This document shows, piece after piece, positions 8,889 to 16,874 of a DNA stretch of 64,000 nt (the first letter of the stretch is position 1; each line of letters starts with the position of its first letter). The position numbers and the translations under genes are program-made. The notes under the pieces were generated by a model. The model searched no databases. It saw only the letters and a list, made by a program, of their open reading frames with translations, and was not told the DNA's origin. The stretch comes from a virus, in the IMG/VR virus record IMGVR_UViG_3300014613_000001, positions 1 to 64,000 of that record; one strand, written 5' to 3'.

Positions 8889-9012
8889 CCGGTCACCGAG
8901 GACGAGGAGGAGGAGGAGGAGGAGGACGAGGGCTGAGATGGCCGACGAGTGGCGATCGTGCTGACCCCCAGGACGGAAGAAGAGGAGGCCCCCAGCGGGC
9001 CGAGGAGCCATT

Positions 9013-9411
9013 TTGACAGAGAAAACCAACCTACAGAAGATCATCGACGCAATCGGGAGGCACCGGCTCCTCTTCGAGGAGCCGGAGCGGAACCGGGTTG
9101 AGGCGATTGCCGCCGTCCAGCAGCTCCATGCCAGGGTTGCCGAGCTGGAAGCCAAGCTCATCGTATCCAAAGGCGAGGTTATCCACTACAGGGGCGACCG
9201 CGATCGCCTCCGAGCCTTGGCCACCCCGAGATCGAAGAGCGGGCCTCCTGACGAGCCCTGCGAGGTCTTGCTCGTGAGCCGTGGACAGTGGAGCGGTACG
9301 GGGTTCATCGGAGGACCGCTGACAGGATGGCTCCCGATGCCAGCGCCTCCTGCCACCGAGGACGAGGGCTGTGTCCTGGTCTCTCCAGCATTGAAAGAGG
9401 GCACGGAGTAA
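9013..9411 (+). CDS. hypothetical protein (RVAELE coiled coil; GWLPMPAPP C-terminus)
   Basis: GAGGAG RBS; the C-terminal W.P.P.PP motif is common in phage accessory proteins. Confidence 0.5.
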   Translation: MTEKTNLQKIIDAIGRHRLLFEEPERNRVEAIAAVQQLHARVAELEAKLIVSKGEVIHYRGDRDRLRALATPRSKSGPPDEPCEVLLVSRGQWSGTGFIGGPLTGWLPMPAPPATEDEGCVLVSPALKEGTE

Positions 9412-9412
9412 G

Positions 9413-10048
9413 ATGACCCGAGAAATAAACCAGGATGGCTCGCTCGCAAAGAATGATGTAGTGTCATACCCAAAAAAGTGCTTTGGGTGCGGGTCCGCAA
9501 TATATGGTTTAGATACACCGTTCGGAGGGAGCTCTGCTCTAGACATAGAAGTGACCCGTTTTGGTCATATTACGGTGTGCCACACTAAGACAAGAGGAGG
9601 CGGATTATGGGCCTATCACCCAAAGAAATCATGCCTTTCTAGCGCCCTTCAGCATTTACACGAGCTCCGCTTGTGCGTGGGGTGCGGTAAAGTCGCAAAG
9701 GGTCCCATATGCCCATGCTGCTCTAGGGTGCTGGAGAACTCTGAATCGGTCGCTAGAAAACTCGACGAATTACGGCGAAATCAGCGTGCTTTAGAGGAGG
9801 AACGCGAACTCAAGGCAGCATGCCTTATAGCCGATCGTATCATCGGCAAATACTGGGTATCGGAGCACCGTGACGCCACCAGTGCTCATGAGCTTGCGCG
9901 GCGAGCTCGTGATTACGTCGTCCAAAAGATTGAAGCCGCTCGGGAAGATGGGTTCAGGCAGGGGAGAAGTCTGCTCCTGGGCATCCGGGACGGAACGCTT
10001 AAATTGTATGACACGTTTGATCTCGGTCCACAACGTGGGGGCGAGTGA
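9413..10048 (+). CDS. hypothetical Cys-rich protein
   Basis: 211-aa ORF with CxxC pairs. Confidence 0.5.
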   Translation: MTREINQDGSLAKNDVVSYPKKCFGCGSAIYGLDTPFGGSSALDIEVTRFGHITVCHTKTRGGGLWAYHPKKSCLSSALQHLHELRLCVGCGKVAKGPICPCCSRVLENSESVARKLDELRRNQRALEEERELKAACLIADRIIGKYWVSEHRDATSAHELARRARDYVVQKIEAAREDGFRQGRSLLLGIRDGTLKLYDTFDLGPQRGGE

Positions 10049-10104
10049 GATGACAACCGATATGTACGACCTGTTTGGATTGGGCTCCGATAAGGAGAAG
10101 TACA

Positions 10105-10305
10105 ATGTCTGACGTGAAAACTGATCTTGAAAACATCGAGGATGTCAAGGATCGACGTCTCGATGAGAAGCTACAAATCACACCGGTCACGCCGGCTGAG
10201 TACGGCGTCAATGAGGAGATCGTTGAGGCGCTGAAAGCTACGCACAGGCAAGCACTCTTGGAGGCATCGTGGCGTGCAGCATTCCCACTTCTACCGTGGG
10301 ATTAG
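10105..10305 (+). CDS. small hypothetical protein
   Basis: TAAGGAG RBS before ATG 10105. Confidence 0.45.
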   Translation: MSDVKTDLENIEDVKDRRLDEKLQITPVTPAEYGVNEEIVEALKATHRQALLEASWRAAFPLLPWD

Positions 10306-10357
10306 GGTCAGTCTACGGCCCACTCGTGGCGATCAAAGCCAGGGAGTAGCGAGTAGG

Positions 10358-10388
10358 ATACCAGTTGGAAGGTTTAGTGACCCCAGAA
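10358..10388 (+). CRISPR. solitary degenerate repeat
   Basis: ATACCAGTTGGAAGGTTTAGTGACCCCAGAA preceded by GTAGG; 17 nt before ATG 10406. Confidence 0.75.
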
Positions 10389-10405
10389 GTATGAGGAGAG
10401 TTGAC

Positions 10406-10696
10406 ATGGATTTTGAAAAGAAGCACCGGGAGAAGTGTTATGCCTACGATTGGAGCGGAGCGTGTGCTCCACTTTCGGCGAAGTTGTACAACAGCCAAGA
10501 GACATTCTCGGTTGGCATCTTCCAGTGGGTGAAGACGAGTCGGGGTAATCACCTCAAGAAGACGCCAATCATCTACCGGATCAGGGGCAGCGTACAGCAC
10601 CCCGAGAAGGTCTATGCTCGAGCTGAAGAGCTGTGCGATCTGCTGGACTCGGGGATCGAGTGGAAGATGAAGGGGAAGTCGGAGACTGTGAGATGA
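10406..10696 (+). CDS. hypothetical protein
   Basis: 96-aa ORF from ATG 10406 with GAGGAG RBS. Confidence 0.55.
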   Translation: MDFEKKHREKCYAYDWSGACAPLSAKLYNSQETFSVGIFQWVKTSRGNHLKKTPIIYRIRGSVQHPEKVYARAEELCDLLDSGIEWKMKGKSETVR

Positions 10697-10998
10697 GTTT
10701 AGTGCTACACGGGCTCAAAGGCAACGCATGGTCTGATGAGGCCGAAGAGCTGCTCAGCGGGTTAGAATATGAATTCCGGCGGATACCACCCGATGTGCAC
10801 CCCAAGACCAATCCCAGGGTGCCTTACATCCCCACACTCAGCCGTGAGTACACGGTCGACGGGGATCATAGCTGGCAGCGGCTCGCGGCTGGGCTCGACG
10901 AGATACGGGAGTGGGTTGACCAGCGACGTAGGCTGGAGATCCTCATCAACAACATAGAGGAAGAGCAACAACGTACAGGAGGAGTAGGAGATGAGTAG
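10693..10998 (+). CDS. hypothetical protein
   Basis: ATGA overlap with upstream gene. Confidence 0.45.
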   Translation: MSLVLHGLKGNAWSDEAEELLSGLEYEFRRIPPDVHPKTNPRVPYIPTLSREYTVDGDHSWQRLAAGLDEIREWVDQRRRLEILINNIEEEQQRTGGVGDE

Positions 10999-11323
10999 AG
11001 GGACGCCGACTGTCATCCAGCTTGAGCTGGAAAAAGATCTGATACAGCGCCAAGAGAAGAGGCAGACTGCTAACCGTATCAAAGAATTGGAGGATCTGGC
11101 CGAGAAAGAGAACGAAGAGCTCCAATTGCTTCGAGCCCGGGTTGCCGAGCTAGAAGACGAGGTGAAGCACGCTGCCGAAATTTGCGAGCAGTGGGCACGG
11201 CAGGTCGAGCTGCCGGACTGCGACCTCGAGTCAGTAGCTTCGGTGCTGCGCTGCTTGGTTCAGCAACTGAGGTCCCTGTCTATCGCCGAAGAGCTGCTCA
11301 TCCTAGAGGCCTCGAACGCGTAA
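10991..11323 (+). CDS. coiled-coil hypothetical protein
   Basis: GGAG RBS; RVAELE motif. Confidence 0.5.
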   Translation: MSRGTPTVIQLELEKDLIQRQEKRQTANRIKELEDLAEKENEELQLLRARVAELEDEVKHAAEICEQWARQVELPDCDLESVASVLRCLVQQLRSLSIAEELLILEASNA

Positions 11324-11357
11324 GATGGGCATAAAATACTGATGGTAGGAGCAGGGG

Positions 11358-11906
11358 ATGACGACTGACGATCCCTACAACACAACGTTTGTGCCCGTCC
11401 CGCTGAAGGAACTCGAGCGGCTGAAAAGTGACTCGCACGACCTCGACTTGATTATGGGCCGTCTTGCTGAGGTCGTCCTGAAGAATGAAAAGCTCAAGGA
11501 CGAGCTCGTTGATTTCGCCAACATACTGGAGTGGGTCGGGGGGAGTGGTGATGAGTGTCACGAGTGCTGTGGGTCGGGCCTGGGTTGTGAACTGTGCAGG
11601 GCGTGGAACCGAGAAGAAGAATACTGCAAGCTCCAGGCGCTACCTGGTAAAGATGGTTGCCAAGGAGACGCCCTAGATGCGGGTCCCTGCCCTCGATGCT
11701 CCGTCCCTGCCTATGTCCCTGCCGGCGAGTGGGTGGAGTGTGAGGAGTGCCGAGGATCTGGCTGGGTACCATGCCCGGATGGCATCGACTGGGCGTCCGG
11801 TGAGCAGACGGTCGGTGACAGGGAATGGTGCCCTGGATGCCGAGGCCGGGGCGAGGCTCGTGCCCCGGTTGCACTCGGAGTGGTCTACGACGATTGGGAG
11901 AAATGA
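11358..11906 (+). CDS. protein with DnaJ-type CxxCxGxG zinc-finger repeats
   Basis: CHECCGSG, CEECRGSG, CPGCRGRG. Confidence 0.55.
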   Translation: MTTDDPYNTTFVPVPLKELERLKSDSHDLDLIMGRLAEVVLKNEKLKDELVDFANILEWVGGSGDECHECCGSGLGCELCRAWNREEEYCKLQALPGKDGCQGDALDAGPCPRCSVPAYVPAGEWVECEECRGSGWVPCPDGIDWASGEQTVGDREWCPGCRGRGEARAPVALGVVYDDWEK

Positions 11907-12183
11907 ATGCTGGATTGAACGTATGCTCCAACTATACTGTTCCTGTTGGCGGCCGTCCTTGTTTTTGTGTTTGGGATGTGCGAATCCGCAGAGCGCGAAC
12001 CAGAAGAGTGCGACTGCGATCATGAGGAGCCGAGCTGCAGAGTCGCGGACACCTGGTACACCTGTTGCCTCAACGCAAGCAACGATCTTGATCTCTGCCA
12101 AGAGGAGCTCGAGCACGCAGAGAACATGAACAACTACTACTGGAGCTGTTGTCTCGGGGCGACGCGTACACCCTACGACGACG

Positions 12184-12654
12184 ATGATGAGGAGTGAGAT
12201 GGATCAGGAGAACAATGTGCATGGTTCGCTCGATAAGAGTGGGGTGGACATCGTTGAACGGGCGAGGGAGGTCGCGGCCACTCCTCACCCTGCACCGCTT
12301 GAGGCTCGGCAGTTTGCGGCGGAAGTGGTAGAGGGGATTGTCCGGCTCCGGGCTCGCGTTGCCCGACTAGAGGCCACGGTCTCGGACCGGGAGGATGAGA
12401 TCGGCCTGCAGGCGATCGTGATTTGCGGACTCAGAGATCGCGTTGCCGAGCTGGAGGGGGCCGACGAGTGGGTGGAGTGTGATGGGTGCGAGGGAAGCGG
12501 AAGAACCCTGCGAAACGAATACATCGGATTCCAGGAAGACATCCCCTGCCCCGAATGCCAGGGCCGGGGTAGGGTTCGCGCTATGGTCGCTGAATCGGAG
12601 GTCGAGCCCTCGGCGTCGCGGATGCTGCACGGCCTGCTGGGAGGTGAGGAGTGA
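12184..12654 (+). CDS. coiled-coil protein with DnaJ-type zinc finger
   Basis: RVAELE; CDGCEGSG...CPECQGRG. Confidence 0.5.
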   Translation: MMRSEMDQENNVHGSLDKSGVDIVERAREVAATPHPAPLEARQFAAEVVEGIVRLRARVARLEATVSDREDEIGLQAIVICGLRDRVAELEGADEWVECDGCEGSGRTLRNEYIGFQEDIPCPECQGRGRVRAMVAESEVEPSASRMLHGLLGGEE

Positions 12655-13016
12655 CCGAGATAGTGAAACCGACAAGGGAGATGACGATCCGGGAGCTGGC
12701 CGCGGCGTTGAATGCCAACGGGCGGCGAATCCGAAACAACGCCGAGTTCATCTTGGAACTCGCCGAGGAACTGATGAGGCGGGGTTCACTGGAGTACACA
12801 TCGGAGGTTGAGCGAGAGCGTGATGAGATGGTCGCCGCGCTCGAGGCAGCGTGGCAGCGCGAGGTGTCGAGTTCCGGCTCGATCGCGGTGATGCGGCGAG
12901 TCCACCAGCGACGGACTGCTGAGTTGGAGGCAGAGCGCGACCAGTGGCGAGCGAAGGCCGAGGAGGCGAGGACTGCCTTCGACGAGAAGTCAGAGAGGTC
13001 AGAGGAGCCGTGTTGA
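12651..13016 (+). CDS. coiled-coil hypothetical protein
   Basis: GTGA-coupled, GAGGAG RBS. Confidence 0.5.
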   Translation: MTEIVKPTREMTIRELAAALNANGRRIRNNAEFILELAEELMRRGSLEYTSEVERERDEMVAALEAAWQREVSSSGSIAVMRRVHQRRTAELEAERDQWRAKAEEARTAFDEKSERSEEPC

Positions 13017-13043
13017 CCGAGAAAGCTGATTAGGAGGAGTGAG

Positions 13044-13622
13044 ATGGGAACAAGAGGAGCGATAATCTTCACGATCGACGGTCATAGTGTCATCCAGTAC
13101 AACCACTATGACAGCTATCCGACGGGCCTGGGTAAGAGCATCTCGAAGGAGTGGCCGGTGCTGTTGAAGCGCTGGCCGATGGATGTGCTGAGGGAGCGGG
13201 TGCGCGAGCTCAGACAGGTATCCGAGGATGGTGATCCGCCGTCCGAAGAGGCGAAGCACTTCCTGGAGAAGTATAGCAACCTCGGAGTGTCTGAGAAGTC
13301 GCTGGATGATTGGTACTGTTTGCTCCATCGGTGCCAGGGCAAGTTGATCCGGACCCTCGAGTCCGGGCATATCATGGGTGACATGGACTCCATGGTGAAC
13401 GACGGAACGGCGTTCTCATTCATTTATGTCCTGGACTTCGACGCCGAGTGTCTCGAGGTCTACGAGGGGTTCCAGAGGAGAGAGCACGTTCTTGGATGGC
13501 GTGGGGCCGCTATGCCTGACGCAAGAGGGTTCTGGCCGCCGGCTCTGATCAGCTCAACCCCGTTCGGCAGCATCGAGTCTATCGACTGGGAGGCGATGGA
13601 AGAGCTCACCCGAGAGGACTGA
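13044..13622 (+). CDS. conserved phage hypothetical protein
   Basis: AGGAGG RBS; MGTRG...YNHYDSYPTGLG N-terminus typical of a widespread phage family. Confidence 0.65.
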   Translation: MGTRGAIIFTIDGHSVIQYNHYDSYPTGLGKSISKEWPVLLKRWPMDVLRERVRELRQVSEDGDPPSEEAKHFLEKYSNLGVSEKSLDDWYCLLHRCQGKLIRTLESGHIMGDMDSMVNDGTAFSFIYVLDFDAECLEVYEGFQRREHVLGWRGAAMPDARGFWPPALISSTPFGSIESIDWEAMEELTRED

Positions 13623-13639
13623 GGAGCATCGCTGATTGA

Positions 13640-13777
13640 AGACCTGCTGGGAGGTTTAGCGATCCCAGACTTGACGTCTGACGGTTGACATCTGATCGTA
13701 TACCAGCTGGGATGTTTAGTGATCTCAGATAGCCAGCCGGGGTCACATATTAGCTGGGATATTTAGTGATCTCAGAC
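13640..13777 (+). CRISPR. mini-array (3 repeats)
   Basis: Repeats at 13640-13670, 13700-13730, 13747-13777; spacers 29 and 16 nt. Confidence 0.82.
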
Positions 13778-13806
13778 GTGAACAAACGGATTACGATGCA
13801 GAGGCC

Positions 13807-14004
13807 ATCGGAAAGTGTAATAGAACGTTACGCATTTAGCTAAGTGGGTAATGTTCTATTACACTTTCCGATTCAATGTGTAGGGGGCGCACCACCCCAT
13901 ATCGTGCGGTAAATGTAGTCTGGAGCGAGGATACGGCTGGTATCGTAAAGTGTAATAGAACATTACGCATTTAGCTAAGTGGGTAATGTTCTATTACACT
14001 TTCG
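13807..14004. repeat. two copies of a ~60-66 bp near-perfect palindrome
   Basis: 13807-13872 and 13942-14004 share AAAGTGTAATAGAAC(G/A)TTACGCATTTAGCTAAGTGGGTAATGTTCTATTACACTTT, centred on TTAG|CTAA. Confidence 0.9.
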
Positions 14005-14021
14005 CTGGGAGCTTGATCGGT

Positions 14022-14246
14022 ATGACGACACGTATTCCGACATCAATGCTGGTAGAGTACCTTCTCCGTTGCACAAAATGTGGGAAGGATCACAAGGCTA
14101 CCATGGTCGCGAACTTGAACCTGGGTGACGTTATCGTCCCGCCTACGACGGGATCGAAATACGGGCGGTGTGTGCTCTGTCACAACCCCGGGCTCCGGGT
14201 CATGCGAAGATCTGACGACGGCTCGGGTGTTGATTACAACGCCTGA
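14022..14246 (+). CDS. small zinc-ribbon protein
   Basis: CTKC...CVLC; ATG 14022. Confidence 0.45.
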   Translation: MTTRIPTSMLVEYLLRCTKCGKDHKATMVANLNLGDVIVPPTTGSKYGRCVLCHNPGLRVMRRSDDGSGVDYNA

Positions 14247-14406
14247 ATTCGCTGGTCCAACCCAAGTGTGTGCTGCCTGCACCGGATTTTTCTTAGCTGG
14301 TCACGGTACCAGTCCGACCTCCGTGCTGTGAGACCGCATCCCTCTCTCTGAGTAGGGCATCCGCTACTGGTCCTGCCCGAGTATCGGATGCCTGAGTCTG
14401 GTTTTT

Positions 14407-14680
14407 CTTAGTTGATCATGTTAGTGATCTGATCCGTGTACTGCAAGATCAGAGCTCTCTTCGGGCGCGCTCTGCATCACTCATCGGAAAGCGGTATAGT
14501 ACATTACGCATTTATACATAATATATTATAATACATAGTATATAGAATTAGTTATATATATAAGTGCGTAATGTACTATACTGCCTTTCGACGGGTAATG
14601 TCACACGCACAACCAGAGAGCCCTGATCTTCGTGCATATGAGCAAGATCACTAACATGATCACTAACATGATTAGCTAAG
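14407..14680. repeat. nested inverted repeats around an AT-rich core (candidate origin or terminus)
   Basis: Three concentric inverted-repeat pairs share an axis near 14537; core 14511-14563 has 5 G/C in 53 nt. Confidence 0.8.
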
Positions 14681-14700
14681 AGGATGTACACCCAGTAGTG

Positions 14701-14732
14701 TCCCGACACCGGCCTCTCGGCCGGCATCGGGA
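14701..14732 (-). terminator. GC-rich hairpin at the end of the minus-strand block
   Basis: 14-nt arms with a GAGA tetraloop on the minus strand, about 20 nt past stop 14753; no clear U-tract. Confidence 0.35.
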
Positions 14733-14752
14733 TCAGGGCGGGCTCTATCTAT

Positions 14753-15334
14753 CTATCGGCGGGGGTCGTCGTCAGGGTCGGGCTCGGTCCCCCTGCAGGC
14801 CGACTTCGTGAGCAGCTCCAGAAGCTCTTCAATCCTCATCCCCGAAGCGGGCGCTGTCTTAGCCTTGAGCGCCGAGAGGCGCTCTCGGATCTCGACCCTG
14901 GCGATCGAGTTGGCCGTTTCTGCCTCGATCCGCTTCGTCTCCGCCCGGTACTGTTCTGTCGCCCGGGTGGAGATGACTGCAGGGACAAAGCTGGTGGCGA
15001 GTGCCACCAACTGGTCCAGCATGCCCTGGGCTGATTCCAGGGCGTTGGTTTGCAGAGCTACCTGGCCCTCCAGGTAGCTCTGCACGTTCGCCTCGTGCGC
15101 CATGTGGCACACGCGACATCGCACGACGCCGGCCCGGCACTCCAAGCACTCGACGCCTTCGTCGGCGCCGAGAGTCTGTCCGCACTCATCACAACGGTTT
15201 TTGCCCGCTGCGGTTTTTTCTCCGCGACATTGGTCGCAGAGCGTTCCGTCGAGCATGAGCTCGACGCAGTGACCCTCGAGATCTTCGATCTCGAGTTCGC
15301 GTCCACACTCTTCACAGCGACAGCGGGTCTTCAT
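14753..15334 (-). CDS. multi-CxxC zinc-finger protein with coiled coil
   Basis: GGAGG RBS; at least five CxxC pairs. Confidence 0.6.
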   Translation of the reverse strand: MKTRCRCEECGRELEIEDLEGHCVELMLDGTLCDQCRGEKTAAGKNRCDECGQTLGADEGVECLECRAGVVRCRVCHMAHEANVQSYLEGQVALQTNALESAQGMLDQLVALATSFVPAVISTRATEQYRAETKRIEAETANSIARVEIRERLSALKAKTAPASGMRIEELLELLTKSACRGTEPDPDDDPRR

Positions 15335-15608
15335 TTTGTCCTCCAGCTGCGAAAAAGATTGCGCGCCGCACCCACCCTACATGCACGGCGCGCGGTCCTT
15401 ACTTTTGCTTACTCGGTTGATCAGCCGAGCAAGGTGTTTCAGGCCCTCCGAGGGTAGATGGAGTCTCACCATCTACCTACTCCCCGAGGAGTCGCGGTCT
15501 ACTCGGCGTCCGCTGGATAGTCAGGTGCCAACGTCTGGAGCTGTCTCTCCCGTGATCACGGGCCTAGCTCCGCCCCGAGGTATCCATACCCTCGGGAATC
15601 TCCCTGAC

Positions 15609-15639
15609 TTCTGGGATTACTGAGCCTCCCAGCCGGCTT
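15609..15639 (-). CRISPR. solitary repeat
   Basis: Minus strand AAGCCGGCTGGGAGGCTCAGTAATCCCAGAA, 4 nt after the lipoprotein stop. Confidence 0.7.
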
Positions 15640-15643
15640 CGCC

Positions 15644-16108
15644 TTATTGCGCCGCTTGTTCGACCTGGACGGACCAGGTCCGGCCGGGGTCGGCATTCAC
15701 ATTGATCACAAATGTCCCTCCGGTCCTCAGCGTTATTGATCGGTGCACGTCCACCGGTGTCGTCCTGGGCGCGCTGTGCAGACTCACTTCGTTGACCAGC
15801 GCCCCGTTGTAGAATGGTTGTTCATCCGCAGAGCTGAGCTCTGCGGAAAAGAACTCAGACGCTCCAGGCGTCCAGTTGTGCTGCACCGACACCGTGACCG
15901 TGCCGGGATACAGCGCGAAGGTAGTTGTTCTGTGCAGCCCGGACCCGACGAACTCCCTGCTTACAGCAGGGTGGCTCGCTGGAGCTGGACTGACCGCAAT
16001 GATCGCTGCGGGCACTACCCGCTCCGTTTGCGCTACTTCTGTTCCTTCGATTTCGTCATAACAGCCAGACATCAGTACAGCTGCCAGAAACATGGTCATG
16101 CGTCCCAT
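15644..16108 (-). CDS. predicted lipoprotein
   Basis: Hydrophobic signal with lipobox LMSG-C; AAGGAG RBS. Confidence 0.65.
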   Translation of the reverse strand: MGRMTMFLAAVLMSGCYDEIEGTEVAQTERVVPAAIIAVSPAPASHPAVSREFVGSGLHRTTTFALYPGTVTVSVQHNWTPGASEFFSAELSSADEQPFYNGALVNEVSLHSAPRTTPVDVHRSITLRTGGTFVINVNADPGRTWSVQVEQAAQ

Positions 16109-16130
16109 CTTATCTCCTTCTTCCTTACCT

Positions 16131-16161
16131 ATCTGGGATCAATAAGCCTCCCAGCCGGCCG
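16131..16161 (-). CRISPR. solitary repeat
   Basis: Minus strand CGGCCGGCTGGGAGGCTTATTGATCCCAGAT, 22 nt before lipoprotein ATG. Confidence 0.75.
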
Positions 16162-16320
16162 AGCGAAAGATCATGTGCTGTACCCGCTCCCGGAAGGAGC
16201 GTCCTCCGTCTCGCAGCACGTCGACCACTGCCCGTGGTAGACATGCCTGTACTCGATATGGCAGCTCGTCGAGGCGGGGCACGCCAGGACATGCTTGTTT
16301 GCCACGAGATCTCACACCAC

Positions 16321-16351
16321 CTATGAGATCACTAAACTTCTCAGCTAGTAT
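16321..16351 (-). CRISPR. solitary repeat
   Basis: Minus strand ATACTAGCTGAGAAGTTTAGTGATCTCATAG. Confidence 0.75.
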
Positions 16352-16523
16352 CTGGCGGTAGAGACGAGTCCGAGAGCGGGTACAGCACATGATCTTGAGA
16401 GTTAGCACTCCCAATTCACTAATACTCTTATGTCTGTTTTTATTGGTTTTTGCCGATGATCAGCTAAGAAGAGAGCCCAAGGAGCCTGACGAATGTCAGC
16501 GCTTGATCCTCGGACTATCAGGT

Positions 16524-16811
16524 TTACACGGTGGGGGAGATGGCGTGGAGTACTCTGAGGAGTATTGTCACGTCATCGTCGTCAGCCCGTCCTTCTGCCA
16601 TATCTATGGCGGTTTGTTCGAGCTGGCTAATGCAGTTCGCACTTTCGTAGCCGAACACAATGTGCCCGATCAAGCTGTTGATCAGGAGCTGAATCTCGTA
16701 GGTCCCCAACGTGGGGGTTAGGGTACCCCCACCTGGTCCGAATTGTGCGACGTTGAAAACGACGTCGCCGTTCTCGTCTGGTGCTTCGCGCACCAGAATC
16801 ACATCCTTCAT
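16524..16811 (-). CDS. hypothetical protein
   Basis: AAGGAG RBS, 95 aa. Confidence 0.55.
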   Translation of the reverse strand: MKDVILVREAPDENGDVVFNVAQFGPGGGTLTPTLGTYEIQLLINSLIGHIVFGYESANCISQLEQTAIDMAEGRADDDDVTILLRVLHAISPTV

Positions 16812-16829
16812 TCACCTATCTCCTTTTTA

Positions 16830-16857
16830 TTGACAATGCACCTGACGAGCATAAGCT
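16830..16857 (+). promoter_or_regulatory. sigma70-type promoter pointing into the solitary repeat
   Basis: TTGACA (16830-16835), 16 nt, TAAGCT (16852-16857). Confidence 0.65.
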
Positions 16858-16874
16858 CTGATCAGGATTTGCTA

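Noticed and set aside
8906-8930. (GAG)n run; also (GAAATCAAC)x3 at 19057-19083
   Set aside because: Short simple repeats with no further structure; probably slippage
3195-13800. Self-targeting of phage genes by the spacers
   Set aside because: No convincing protospacer found by eye in this window; a computational search of the full genome is still needed
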